Shown piece by piece: positions 23,305 to 33,349 of a stretch of DNA of 36,483 nucleotides (its first letter is position 1; each line of letters opens with the position of its first letter). Location of the stretch: the IMG/VR virus record IMGVR_UViG_3300028840_006758. The stretch is one strand, 5' to 3'. The position numbers were made by a program, and so were the translations under genes. This DNA is from a virus. The notes beneath the pieces were generated by a model. It saw nothing but the letters and a program-made list of their open reading frames with translations, was not told the DNA's origin and did not search any database.

Positions 23305-25974
23305 CTAATTGCTGATCTTAGTAATAGCTATGTGATGAAACAATGCGTTTGCTTGCAAGGTCACCCCAGCATTTGACCTCAGGCTGAGCCTCTCACCCTT
23401 TAAGAGACGAACCGCCCCACTAAAAGGTGTGTTTTGTGAACCTCGACCAATACCAATAACCTTATCCTGAGAACCGTCGATATATGTTTCGATATTGTTT
23501 GAAAAGTTGGTTGATGTTCGAACCATTCCTTCAAGTTCAACAATCTGATCTGCAAAGGCAGTATATCCTGACCCGTCCCAAGCGCCATGGGTATCGTAGT
23601 CTTCAGTTGAAAAATCAATGTCTGTGGTATTTGCTGTTAAGACAGTCGCACCATTGTTTCTTGCAGAAGCATTATAAGACTCGGCACCTAGGAGAGTTTC
23701 GGGCGTAGAAATCTTAAAGATGGTTAACCTATGATCAATTTGGTCCGAAGCGTTTTGGTAAGAGGTACTTGAGTTGATTCGAATCGATCCAACTTCACCA
23801 GCAAGGGCATAAATTCCGATAACACCTGCAGCATTTGAAGCGGCCGATCCATAACCTGTATGCATACGCCCATAAGTACTCCCGTCTTTGTAAAACAAAA
23901 TAGAAGTAGACGTACCAGTTGTTCTTGTCGTGGCGATGGCAATATAAACTCCATCCTCTGGAAAGGTGTATTGACTTCCATCCCATGAGTTTGTGGTATC
24001 AACTTCAGTGACTGTGTATTGAAGATCAGTAACACTTGCCGTGATAGATCCAGATCCGGGGTTAGAGTGAGCAATAAGGGCAACCTGACGATTAGTAAAG
24101 GCCGAACTCATAACTGCATTAGATGACCAACCTAGAATCGGAACATTTACATACATATAGATTCTATCGCCTGAAGCAATGGAAAATGGTGCGGTGTTTG
24201 AGACGAACTGAATACGACCAGAACTGGAAGCACTTGCTGCGCCTAGTCCAATAGAAGTGGTGGTTTGATAGCGGGCAAGCATTGGACCAAAGTCTGCAGC
24301 ACCGGAATCAAGCATTGAACCGTAACCAAGTGAAGAGTTGTCAGTGTCGGTTGTCATTAACACACCGGTATCAATTACCTCGCCATTTGGAGTATTAACG
24401 GCAAATGTCGCTGCGTTGGGAGCACCCGAGAACTCGATATAGATATGCATCTCAAGGTTTGATCCAACTCTCCGATAGTATCCATCGTATGTAGTGTTGG
24501 TCGTGAATGTGCCCGTAGGAGTAAAATTCTCCCAGGAGGTTTGAACTGCGCCTTTTTGAATGACTCTTGGTCCAAGCTCCATAATCATATTGAGATCATA
24601 AGCACTGGCATTGGTTGAAGCGACATGAACACAAAAACGATAGTCAGTGTCAGAGGCATCAGTTTGAAACTCAGAGTTAAAATAACTCTCCAAAGTTCTG
24701 GCATCTAGCTCAACCGGATTAAGTGGAATGACGTTAAAGTCAGCAACAAAAGAGTCACTTGATGAAACAACATAGAAACGAATATCACCCGTGGCATAGT
24801 TTGCGCTTGCTATATAGTTAAGAACAAATCTTAAGATTGCTGCTTTATCCCCACGCCTAAGAGTAAAAGGATAGTAGTAACCTTCCCCCTGCTCATTTGA
24901 TGCAGCTTTAGCAAAATCCATATCCGTCGTTCCACGAAGAGGACTTGTTGTATTGGAAGTTAACGTAAAGTTTCCTGAGGCGGTTCCTCCGAAGTCATCC
25001 GGAGCATCCCCTGCTGTAGTGTTGGCATAAGAGACCCAGCTGGCAATTGTGACCCCATCACCTTCTTCAATGTAGTTAAAGACACCAGCGCCCCCGCCTG
25101 AACCGGATCCACCGACAACCATCCATCGTGCTTCTGTGGCGTCATAGCGAAGGAGAAGAGAAGCTTCATCTTCTAGGGTGAGATTTGATCCTGTACCCGT
25201 AAGAACTCTGTTTGCTGCTGTTCCACCTGTGTCGTTGTTAATCGTAACTTGCCCACCTGTAGCGTTCACGAGCTTGAGAAACTGCTCTGAGACTCCAGCA
25301 GGAATCATATCAACTGATGACAAAGATCCGTCTGTGAGCCTTACTGTGGAGGTAGCAGGGAGAGTTAATGTGACATTAGAACCGGTAGCGGTATCGTTTG
25401 CAGAAGCTCCTTTATAAAAGCCATCGGTTTTAACCGACACACCAGCGTGAACAGACTTTTCTACTCCAATTCCGCCCTCAGTAACAAAGGTCCCTGTGTC
25501 TTTATCTGTCGCTTCAGTAGTGGCACTTGAAACAATCTGAGCTGAGTGAGTTTTAATCCCACTGACGGTCTGTGCCGTTCCAACTGTCATCACCTCTGAC
25601 TCAGAACCGGCATCTCCCATAATAAAGCGAGAGGCAGCAGTTGAGCTATAAGTGATCCGAGCATTGGTGGCATCAGACATTTGAACTTCAAAACCTGATA
25701 GTCCATCTGCTGCAGCTTGGTTTCCATTCTCATTAACATAGAGATAAAGAAACGCCCCGTTCATTTCGGTAGTCCATGCACCGTTTAAGTACACTCTCAC
25801 CACATGATCGGTTGAGTTATAATAAGAGCCACCATTAGCTGCTGCCCCTACCGCTGCTTCATAAGCGGCATCATTAGCATAAGTGGCGTAGGATGTTGTT
25901 TGTAAAAAGGTCGTGGTTGGTGCCTCAACCGATTCGCCTTCAGCAAATTGGAGCACCCGTGTTTGACCGGCCAT
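23305..25974 (-). CDS. Tail fibre / receptor-binding protein (889 aa) with two tandem C-terminal C1q/TNF-like modules
   Basis: Last large gene of the tail operon, with SD GAGGGGGGAATTATATG and a GGSGSGGGAG linker. The two modules, aa 628-756 and 757-889, share WDGS.YT, Y.DGS, L..GE..S.R.N and H..(T/A)I.KIS. Confidence 0.75.
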   Translation of the reverse strand: MAGQTRVLQFAEGESVEAPTTTFLQTTSYATYANDAAYEAAVGAAANGGSYYNSTDHVVRVYLNGAWTTEMNGAFLYLYVNENGNQAAADGLSGFEVQMSDATNARITYSSTAASRFIMGDAGSESEVMTVGTAQTVSGIKTHSAQIVSSATTEATDKDTGTFVTEGGIGVEKSVHAGVSVKTDGFYKGASANDTATGSNVTLTLPATSTVRLTDGSLSSVDMIPAGVSEQFLKLVNATGGQVTINNDTGGTAANRVLTGTGSNLTLEDEASLLLRYDATEARWMVVGGSGSGGGAGVFNYIEEGDGVTIASWVSYANTTAGDAPDDFGGTASGNFTLTSNTTSPLRGTTDMDFAKAASNEQGEGYYYPFTLRRGDKAAILRFVLNYIASANYATGDIRFYVVSSSDSFVADFNVIPLNPVELDARTLESYFNSEFQTDASDTDYRFCVHVASTNASAYDLNMIMELGPRVIQKGAVQTSWENFTPTGTFTTNTTYDGYYRRVGSNLEMHIYIEFSGAPNAATFAVNTPNGEVIDTGVLMTTDTDNSSLGYGSMLDSGAADFGPMLARYQTTTSIGLGAASASSSGRIQFVSNTAPFSIASGDRIYMYVNVPILGWSSNAVMSSAFTNRQVALIAHSNPGSGSITASVTDLQYTVTEVDTTNSWDGSQYTFPEDGVYIAIATTRTTGTSTSILFYKDGSTYGRMHTGYGSAASNAAGVIGIYALAGEVGSIRINSSTSYQNASDQIDHRLTIFKISTPETLLGAESYNASARNNGATVLTANTTDIDFSTEDYDTHGAWDGSGYTAFADQIVELEGMVRTSTNFSNNIETYIDGSQDKVIGIGRGSQNTPFSGAVRLLKGERLSLRSNAGVTLQANALFHHIAITKISN

Positions 25975-26026
25975 ATAATTCCCCCCTCAATTGTTTTTAA
26001 TATTTTATCCAACTCTCCTGAGTGTG

Positions 26027-28075
26027 TCAGAGATTATAAAGATCCGTTGCCAGTATCCGTGTCTCTCTGTTTTGCTTTTGGATTTCTATTATTTTGACAT
26101 CATTTGATGTGCTTCCACCAGGGATGTCATTCGTCTCAAGGATAAATTCGTCCCCAATTTCAGAATCAAAGTTAATTCCCTTGGTTGTCAGGGTATGGAG
26201 GATGGATCTTTCGGATTTAATATTGATATGGTCTGTTATTTTAGAGACAAAACTCTCCAGTACATGCCGAAACCTTACGGTGTTATCTATTCCGTGAAGG
26301 TATCGTGATTTGTTTGATGAGGCGGTTTGTGAGGACACCCCCACAAACTCTGAAGAATTGTAATGAGGATTGAAAGCAACAAGTTGAGTCGCAATATCCT
26401 TATAATCCACACCATAAGAGTGAGTATTTTCAACAATCTCGGTATTAGATATCGTTTCAGTGGGTGTAAAGCTTGCAAACAGCTCATAAACAAATTCAAA
26501 AGAGTCGTTTTGATAGATGTAACCCAGCGTTGACGAAAGAATCCGTTCTATCGACTTAAAGTAACTATTAAAGTCTAGCTCATCAAAAGTTGGAATAGAA
26601 AAAGCGGCATTTACCGCCAAACTTGACTTGGCAGTGGTAAAGCTTGCTGCATTAGCACTTAGGCCCGTAGCTTCAATGATCTCTTTAAGCACATCCGCTT
26701 GATTCTGGTTTGATTCCTCTGGCTTAATCTTAAAAAAGACCCCAAAAGTTGCTGGATCTAGGGTAGGCATGGACAGAGTCGCTTCAAAGTTATTGGTAAA
26801 GGTCACTTCAATAAGCTTATGCCCTGTGGCAGTAAGGTTTGTCTCTGTGGCGGTGTAGTCTCTGCCGTATAGCGGGTAGTAATAGTTATTCTGCAGGTCT
26901 CTTATGACTAAAGATGGGCATACATTGGAATTGATTGTATCAGTCGCCACAATTGATGCGTTTTTTGTAACGTAGACATAATGATTTGTTCGATCCACGT
27001 ATAGTACTCGGGAATAGTAAGTCCCAGAGCCAGTGATGACAAAAGTATCCCCAATATGAATCTTTGGTGAGACAACCGAAGTGGTATCCAAACGAGTGAA
27101 GTTAGCGTCAGTATTATCCACACTAGTAGGTGAGAAAGAAAAATCAGTGGTTCCATAAGTCCCCACTCTTCCACAAGCAAACTCTCTATTATTAGAAGTC
27201 GTTAAGTTTGTGGTGTAGTTTGTACACACCGCCTCATCCATTAGCTCAGGATTAAGTGCTTGAGCGTCAGGGAGGTTGGTGACTGTCTCTGGAATTGTAT
27301 CGTACCTTGTCACAGAACCAAAATAATAGCGAATAGGTTGATTTTGATAGTTGGACTGAATATTGGTGAAGTTGTCATTGGTATAATAAATAACGTCATC
27401 ACCCATAGTTGCCAGAGTTGAAAGGACATCGATGTCATCCTTAATGGAAAAGATCACCGATGTTCTTCTAACACTTAGAGCTGAGATTCTTCCCCTAAAG
27501 GTCACCTTAAAGTTTTCAATCTCATCAAGAAAATGCCACACCTCAATAGATGAATTATAAAAGGAATCTTCTGGTGTGAGATATTGGTTAAACTCTCCGT
27601 TGTCATTGGTAATAGTCATATTACTTGATGAAATCGACAAGATTCCGGCAAAGATGTTCTTCACTGACTGAGTGACTTGGGGTGAGCTTTGTATTCTCGG
27701 TAACCATTCTCTTAAATCCACCGTAGGACTTGTTGGATCCTTACCAACGACCCGGAACCGTTCAATCGTATAATAGAGGTTATAGGTTGCGACAATAGCA
27801 TTTGAGCTAGAAGGAGCAGCATTTAAGTTCACCGTGAGTAGATTGGTGGTTTCGTTAAAACTAAACTCTCCCGACGAAGGTGTGCCTGAGACTTTAGTAA
27901 GCTCCGTTCCTTGTTCAAATACTGATTCCAGGTCGTATGGAAAGGTCATGGTGTAGGTAGTTCCGGACACTATGGCGAGTGCTGCATTTACATAGCGCCT
28001 TGGAACCACCTTCACCAAGATGAATTTTTGTGTTGTCTGGTCTGTCTTTTTGGTTGAATAATTATTTGCCATCAA
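26027..28075 (-). CDS. Tail tip / baseplate hub protein (682 aa), by position
   Basis: Large ORF between the distal tail genes and the fibre. ATGA overlap with the upstream gene. No motif recognised. Confidence 0.6.
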   Translation of the reverse strand: MMANNYSTKKTDQTTQKFILVKVVPRRYVNAALAIVSGTTYTMTFPYDLESVFEQGTELTKVSGTPSSGEFSFNETTNLLTVNLNAAPSSSNAIVATYNLYYTIERFRVVGKDPTSPTVDLREWLPRIQSSPQVTQSVKNIFAGILSISSSNMTITNDNGEFNQYLTPEDSFYNSSIEVWHFLDEIENFKVTFRGRISALSVRRTSVIFSIKDDIDVLSTLATMGDDVIYYTNDNFTNIQSNYQNQPIRYYFGSVTRYDTIPETVTNLPDAQALNPELMDEAVCTNYTTNLTTSNNREFACGRVGTYGTTDFSFSPTSVDNTDANFTRLDTTSVVSPKIHIGDTFVITGSGTYYSRVLYVDRTNHYVYVTKNASIVATDTINSNVCPSLVIRDLQNNYYYPLYGRDYTATETNLTATGHKLIEVTFTNNFEATLSMPTLDPATFGVFFKIKPEESNQNQADVLKEIIEATGLSANAASFTTAKSSLAVNAAFSIPTFDELDFNSYFKSIERILSSTLGYIYQNDSFEFVYELFASFTPTETISNTEIVENTHSYGVDYKDIATQLVAFNPHYNSSEFVGVSSQTASSNKSRYLHGIDNTVRFRHVLESFVSKITDHINIKSERSILHTLTTKGINFDSEIGDEFILETNDIPGGSTSNDVKIIEIQKQNRETRILATDLYNL

Positions 28076-28572
28076 GTTTGCCTTAATTGAAGGGTAAATA
28101 CTTGCATTTGTATCGGCTTTTCAAAGAACTCGTCATTCTCATTGAGAGAATAAATACTATCTGGGTGATCATACAAGACAGAGATATAACTGGCATCCGT
28201 TTGAGGGTCGTTATTAGCTACGGTTATTGTAGGATAGTACTTAAAGTTCTTGTTTCTCCATCGTGGTGTTGAGAAATCAAAGCGAAAGTACCCTAGAAAG
28301 TTATTCTTTAAGGGGTCACTTGTGTCAAAAGTCACATCTGATAAATTAAAGACATCTGAAGTCATATAGGTATTTTGAAGATCAGAGTCAGTGTAGATCT
28401 TCATCGTCAGTGTTTCAGACCCATTAAGGACCGTAAAATCTCGGATAAAAACAAAGACCCTAATCTTAGAAAGTATCCCGTTTTCAGCGGGTTGAAGACT
28501 CCCAAGTCTTACCTCTTCCCCTGGGTCAAAGCTCTTAGCATATTTAAGATCAGCAAATTGAAAGATAGACAT
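28072..28572 (-). CDS. Distal tail protein (166 aa), by position
   Basis: ORF coupled on both sides within the tail operon. Confidence 0.55.
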   Translation of the reverse strand: MSIFQFADLKYAKSFDPGEEVRLGSLQPAENGILSKIRVFVFIRDFTVLNGSETLTMKIYTDSDLQNTYMTSDVFNLSDVTFDTSDPLKNNFLGYFRFDFSTPRWRNKNFKYYPTITVANNDPQTDASYISVLYDHPDSIYSLNENDEFFEKPIQMQVFTLQLRQT

Positions 28573-29708
28573 TACAAGACCTCTCTAAGTTGAAGGGTCA
28601 TATTAAAATATTGATGGCGCACATGGCGAAACTCTGGTTCTCGGTCGAAGATTACATACTTTGTAAAATCCCCTAATTCATCAGAAATACATAAAGCAGG
28701 ATCAAGGGAGACAAACAAAGGTGTATGAGTGCCAAAATCGTAAAACAATTGTTCCAAAGTATCCCGCTCACCCTTTGTAAGAAGCGCAATACCTGCTGAA
28801 GTAAACTCGGAGTACTTGGTTTTACGATCAAAGTAGATTTGTCCTTGTTCACTGGTGGTTCTTAGACTTGGATCCACGATTCTTTTTCTAAAGCCGTTTT
28901 GAATATTAGTACCAGTTAATGTGGTGTAATCGCCTAGATAAATATAACTAAACTCAAACCCCTCTGGTCCACCCGTATTAGTCTTGTCTTCAAAATAGAA
29001 TCTCCAAAACCGATAACCCGTATCAGCAATGTCATCAAAGAATCTAAAAAGTCCCTGATCTTGGCGGGTCAAGGTCACATCTAAAGGAGGACTAGTAAAG
29101 TCTGATAAGTTGTTTGCTTGAATCTTAATCGTGGCATCAACGGAGAGGGTGAATTCCTCCCCTAGAGGAGAAATCACACCAAAGAATTCTACAGGAGCAT
29201 TATATCCAAGATCCCATTGAACAAATTCATACATATGGTTGCGGGGTTCATCTGCAATCCTCTCAGTAGAAATCACCTCATCCGTTGTCAGGACAAACCC
29301 GAGATCCGCCCAAAGAGCTTCCGTTTGTTGAGAGAATCGAAGAGTATGTCCTGAAGCGTGTGCGAACCGAAAAGAAAACTCTCCGGCCGTATTGTTATAG
29401 TCAAATGTCCAACCTGAAGAGACAGTGTTAAGCTGAGTCTGGATCTCAGTCGCCAAAGTGGTGGGGTTATATTCCCCTGCAGTAATAGTAACCGTCTTAT
29501 CCGATCCATCGTTGATATACAAAAGGTCATTGGAATCAAGGGTTATAAGAAAGTATCCATCAGGTCTCCAGACTTTTGATCGAAATTTATTATTAATGTT
29601 TGAGACGGGAAAGGCGGAGAGTTGACTAGACTTCATAATCGAAGCGGTGGTTAACTCTCCTAGGTTATTATCCATGAACCGTATTCGGTTGTTTGTGGTC
29701 GTTGTCAT
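28572..29708 (-). CDS. Distal tail protein (378 aa), by position directly after the tape measure
   Basis: Its start and the tape-measure stop share base 29708. Beta-rich. No motif recognised. Confidence 0.55.
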   Translation of the reverse strand: MTTTTNNRIRFMDNNLGELTTASIMKSSQLSAFPVSNINNKFRSKVWRPDGYFLITLDSNDLLYINDGSDKTVTITAGEYNPTTLATEIQTQLNTVSSGWTFDYNNTAGEFSFRFAHASGHTLRFSQQTEALWADLGFVLTTDEVISTERIADEPRNHMYEFVQWDLGYNAPVEFFGVISPLGEEFTLSVDATIKIQANNLSDFTSPPLDVTLTRQDQGLFRFFDDIADTGYRFWRFYFEDKTNTGGPEGFEFSYIYLGDYTTLTGTNIQNGFRKRIVDPSLRTTSEQGQIYFDRKTKYSEFTSAGIALLTKGERDTLEQLFYDFGTHTPLFVSLDPALCISDELGDFTKYVIFDREPEFRHVRHQYFNMTLQLREVL

Positions 29709-32700
29709 TAGGCGATCCTCTGATTAGTTCGAGATAGCTCAAGTAGTATATTAGCAAAGGTGCTTTCGTTAAGTTCAACACTTGCATTAACTTGTTGTCC
29801 ACCTCGAAGAAGATCCGCTATTTCTGTAAGGAGTGAGATCTTTGCCGTTTCATCAGGTCCTGATTGATTGTTTTGTGAATCTAAGAAGCTTTCAAGCTTA
29901 GGAGTTAAGTCATCTCTTACAACGAACTCTCTTGAAGTTAATCGAGCAGGAAAAGTATCGTTGGGAAAACCATCAGGGACAATACCACCAGTAGCAAACC
30001 CGAAAGCATCGCCAATTCCACCGACAATTCCCCCGACTGCGCCTGTAACGCCACCAATAATTCCACCGCCTGAACCTCCTCCTAAAAAGTCACCCACGAT
30101 TGGGATAGATTTGATCAATTCCTCAACAAACGATCCTGCACCCGAGATTATTTCAGAAATGAAACGTGATCCTGCACTAATGACTGAGTCAAAAAGAACT
30201 CTCCCTGCCTGGGCAAAAATATTAGGAAGATTACTGAAGAAATTTCGGATGATGTTGAATGGCTCCAATATGAACTTAACTAATTGAGGTCCGACATTTG
30301 CGAAGATGTTAATAAGTGCTTGTGGTAATGTCTTCGCAAGTTCAAACGGCACTTGAAATGCCAAAGCTTTTGCCAGAGCGATTGCCACACGTGGTGTAGC
30401 TTTCACTAATGCAATAATTATCTCATCCGACTTCTCAGCTAATCTTTCAATTATAATAGGCGCTTGTTCTGCTAGTGCCTCTATAAAAACTGGCAAACCT
30501 GTCAGCACGTTTTCCACGATCACAGGGATGGCATCCGCAAAAGCTTTTACCTGCTCACGTATCGCATCCGGTCCTTGTGCAAAAAGATTAATTAAAGGAT
30601 TAAGTGCTTGTCCAAGTCCTGGTGCAATAGCATCAAGACCTAATGTGGCAAAGTCTAAAACAACCGCTTGAGCACCTTGGGCACCACCGGCAAAGGCATT
30701 GGCAAAACCTATTCCTATAGCTGCAGTGGATGCTTGGGAGAGTTGTCGTCTTAATCCGTCTATTTCTTGTTGTTTTATTGCTCTAAGCTCAGGACTAATC
30801 GTAAGATTGTCGTCAAGTTGCTTTTGAAGGTTTTCAATAGCTCTAGTTTGCTCAGTCTCAGATCCAAATATGTTTCTTAAAGAGTCTCTAAGGTTTGCCC
30901 CACTAAAGACCTTATCAATACTCGCTTCAACCTGATCAAACTGTCTTTGAAACTCTTGGATAAATCTGGTGTTGTCTTTAATAACTGAAGTGTTTCTTTT
31001 CTTATTAAGGGCGACCGCTTTACTATTAAAATCCTCAAGAATCTTCTCTTCTAATGCCTTAGCTTTCTTGAGTGTCTCGCCTTCTCCCTTAAGACCCCCT
31101 TCAATAAGCTTGAGGCGCTCATCACGGGTTCTTTTGAGTTGATCTAATTGAGATACACCTACATTTTGAAGCTTCTTCTCAAGGTCCTGAATGCCCTTAG
31201 TGTTAAACTTAGAAAATGCCTCATCAATCTTTTTCTTATTCTTATCTACTTGATCAGCGGCACTATTGGTTGTCTTGGCAACCGTATCTGAGAATTTAAA
31301 AAAGTTATCGTTTGCGCCATCTAGTGACTGGCTAAGTAGATTAAGTCTATCTCTTGCAACGAGGATTCTATTAACCTGTGCATCGTCAAAGATTCCAAAT
31401 GGATTACTTTGAACAAAACCTGCCACCACATCCGTAAGCTTAATAAAGCCCTGAATGACTTTTCCAATAGCTCGTCCAGCTAAGGCAACAAGAACATCAC
31501 CAAGACCTTTAAAGGCATCTGTGGTGTCTCCTAGTATTGGAGTTAACGCTGTGGCAAGAACTTCTGAAATCACTCCAAAGATTGTTGAAATAATCTTTGT
31601 CTCTTCTTCTATAAGCTGGAAGATTTTAAAGATTCCAAATAAAGCAGAACCTAATAGGGCAAAACCTGCAACAACCGCTCCGACAATGGTAGTCAGTGTC
31701 CCAAGGGTCACACCTAGTGGAATAAGAGCAGCATTAACCGCCACAATAGCAATCTTAAGCTTTACAAAAGCAATTGACGCTGTGGCAATGGCAAGAACGG
31801 TTCCGGATATTGCTGCACCAAGGGCAAGAAAGCCCGCAACAAAGGCAGAAAGGACTTCTGACTCTCTAATGACATTAAGAATATTAGTCAGGACGATAAT
31901 AACTTGCTTAGCTGTAGGAAGAAAGAATTGACCAATCTTGTCACCAAGAAGTGCAAAAACATCACCTAGTGTTGAAAGAGCACCGTTAAATGTTTTGGAG
32001 AGTTTAATAAGACCCTCAAAAGCAAAGCCACCTTCTTCAGATAATGAGGCAAATGCTTTTTCAAAGGTGGCAAAGTCAACAACCCCCTTGGTTACTAGAT
32101 CTTTAACTGCTGTCTCAGCGACTCCTAGGGTCTTAGCAATGGCGGGACCGATAGGGATGGCACGTTCTTGGAACTGCAAGAGTCGTTCACCAGTAAGCTT
32201 ACCAGCAGCAGCGACTTGTCCAAAAATAAGAGAGATTTCATCGATAGACTTACCAGAAGCGGCAGCGACGTTACCGATTTCAGTAAGTTTTGTGTTGAGT
32301 TCATCTACTTCAAAGCCAAAGCCTAGAAGTTGTTTTCCGGCATTGGCAATTGAGGCAAATTGAAACGGTGTTCCTGCTGAGAAATCTTGAAGTTCTTTTA
32401 ACGCACCATTAGCAACTTCAACATTACCCGTGAGTACTTCAAATTGGACCCCGATATCTTCAAACTTCGCTGCTTGGGCAATGGCACCACCAATTGCTGC
32501 ACCAAAACCAGCAAAGGCAATACCCGCTTTAATAGCAGCGCCTTCTGCGAAGTTGAGGAAGTCTTCGTTTTCTTGATTTAAGCGTTCATATTCTTTTGTG
32601 GCATCCGATACGGCACTTGAGAATCGTTTAGCTGCAGCAGTACCCTTAACAAACGCAGAATTGATGTTTGCTTCTATGGCACCCGTTGCTTTTTTGATTG

Positions 32701-32752
32701 CTCTTAAGGCCTTATCGCTAAGTATATTAAGTTCTATCCCGATTCCGGCCAT
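29708..32752 (-). CDS. Tail tape measure protein (1014 aa)
   Basis: The conserved core ...GNVAAASGKSIDEISLIFGQVAAAGKLTGERLLQFQERAIPIGPAIAKTLGV... is typical of tape measures. Long Ala/Gly/Ile hydrophobic stretches and a Gly-rich GGGSGGGIIGGVTGAVGGIVGGIG segment. Follows the G/G-T pair. Confidence 0.9.
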   Translation of the reverse strand: MAGIGIELNILSDKALRAIKKATGAIEANINSAFVKGTAAAKRFSSAVSDATKEYERLNQENEDFLNFAEGAAIKAGIAFAGFGAAIGGAIAQAAKFEDIGVQFEVLTGNVEVANGALKELQDFSAGTPFQFASIANAGKQLLGFGFEVDELNTKLTEIGNVAAASGKSIDEISLIFGQVAAAGKLTGERLLQFQERAIPIGPAIAKTLGVAETAVKDLVTKGVVDFATFEKAFASLSEEGGFAFEGLIKLSKTFNGALSTLGDVFALLGDKIGQFFLPTAKQVIIVLTNILNVIRESEVLSAFVAGFLALGAAISGTVLAIATASIAFVKLKIAIVAVNAALIPLGVTLGTLTTIVGAVVAGFALLGSALFGIFKIFQLIEEETKIISTIFGVISEVLATALTPILGDTTDAFKGLGDVLVALAGRAIGKVIQGFIKLTDVVAGFVQSNPFGIFDDAQVNRILVARDRLNLLSQSLDGANDNFFKFSDTVAKTTNSAADQVDKNKKKIDEAFSKFNTKGIQDLEKKLQNVGVSQLDQLKRTRDERLKLIEGGLKGEGETLKKAKALEEKILEDFNSKAVALNKKRNTSVIKDNTRFIQEFQRQFDQVEASIDKVFSGANLRDSLRNIFGSETEQTRAIENLQKQLDDNLTISPELRAIKQQEIDGLRRQLSQASTAAIGIGFANAFAGGAQGAQAVVLDFATLGLDAIAPGLGQALNPLINLFAQGPDAIREQVKAFADAIPVIVENVLTGLPVFIEALAEQAPIIIERLAEKSDEIIIALVKATPRVAIALAKALAFQVPFELAKTLPQALINIFANVGPQLVKFILEPFNIIRNFFSNLPNIFAQAGRVLFDSVISAGSRFISEIISGAGSFVEELIKSIPIVGDFLGGGSGGGIIGGVTGAVGGIVGGIGDAFGFATGGIVPDGFPNDTFPARLTSREFVVRDDLTPKLESFLDSQNNQSGPDETAKISLLTEIADLLRGGQQVNASVELNESTFANILLELSRTNQRIA

Positions 32753-32761
32753 AGCGATTCC

Positions 32762-33333
32762 TTACTTTTTGGACTTAGACTTTTGTTTGTAAAACTTGTT
32801 TATTTCATCATTGATAATAGCATAGGCCTTTGCGGATATTGAATCGAGATCTTGATAGTCGTGGCGATAACCTAATTCAGCGAGGTTTTTCATCAGGAAA
32901 AACTCATCAACAAAGAAAGTGAGTTCATTGTCCCCGTGAAAACCTCGTATTCGAAGATTTGCAGTTCTTCTAAGCTTCGCCTCTTCTACTTTCCCAAGTT
33001 TCCCGCATTCATAACGGCACTTGATGCGTCAATGATGAGAGTCTCAAGTTCTGCTATCTTCTCCATTTGTGCATAAGACTTCACGTGAATCTCTTTTTTA
33101 GGAATCTTAATATCGACTTCTTTAAAAAAAGGTTCTGTGACACTTAATAGGTTGATCACCATGTCAAGCTTGGAGGTCATGTCTTTAAGCACGACATTGC
33201 CCTTTGAATCCATTTGTAGCTTACAGTCACGTGCCATCATGAGCTTTTCACGCTGTGTTGGCGTCTTAAGAATGAGCTTCCCCTCAATTCCCTCATAACC
33301 ACTTAAATCAAACTTAAATGAATCAAAGTTCAT
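32762..33333 (-). CDS. Tail assembly chaperone frameshift product, G-T-like (about 190 aa, -1 shift at 32995..32989)
   Basis: Hand translation of the -1 frame after G GGA AAG gives GKVEEAKLRRTANLRIRGFHGDNELTFFVDEFFLMKNLAELGYRHDYQDLDSISAKAYAIINDEINKFYKQKSKSKK. It is open for 77 codons to TAA 32764..32762, 9 nt before the tape-measure ATG. Confidence 0.75.
32986..33333 (-). CDS. Tail assembly chaperone, G-like (115 aa)
   Basis: Lies between the major tail gene and the tape measure. Ends ...NAGNLGK with the slippery heptamer immediately before its stop. Confidence 0.8.
   Translation of the reverse strand: MNFDSFKFDLSGYEGIEGKLILKTPTQREKLMMARDCKLQMDSKGNVVLKDMTSKLDMVINLLSVTEPFFKEVDIKIPKKEIHVKSYAQMEKIAELETLIIDASSAVMNAGNLGK
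32989..32995 (-). other. Programmed -1 ribosomal frameshift slippery heptamer GGGAAAG
   Basis: The plus strand reads ctttccc. In the zero frame it is G GGA AAG TAG. This is the same heptamer phage lambda uses at G/G-T. Confidence 0.75.
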
Positions 33334-33349
33334 GCCATTGTCTCCCTGG

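Noticed and set aside
23305-25974. Considered a diversity-generating retroelement target in the fibre C-terminus, and CRISPR arrays or tRNA genes anywhere in the window.
   Set aside because: There is no reverse transcriptase ORF, and I noticed no template-like second copy of the fibre 3' end. I saw no regularly spaced short direct repeats and no cloverleaf-compatible sequence. This was a by-eye scan only, so short or degenerate elements could have been missed.
29868-32363. Plus-strand ORFs of 139, 158 and 141 aa (29868..30287, 31455..31931, 31938..32363) antisense to the tape measure gene, one with a striking PPIPPTIPPTAPVTPPIIPPPEPPP run.
   Set aside because: They mirror the Gly/Ala/Ile-rich codons of the tape measure on the opposite strand. 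They have no SD and no independent context, and the tape-measure frame carries a recognisable conserved core.
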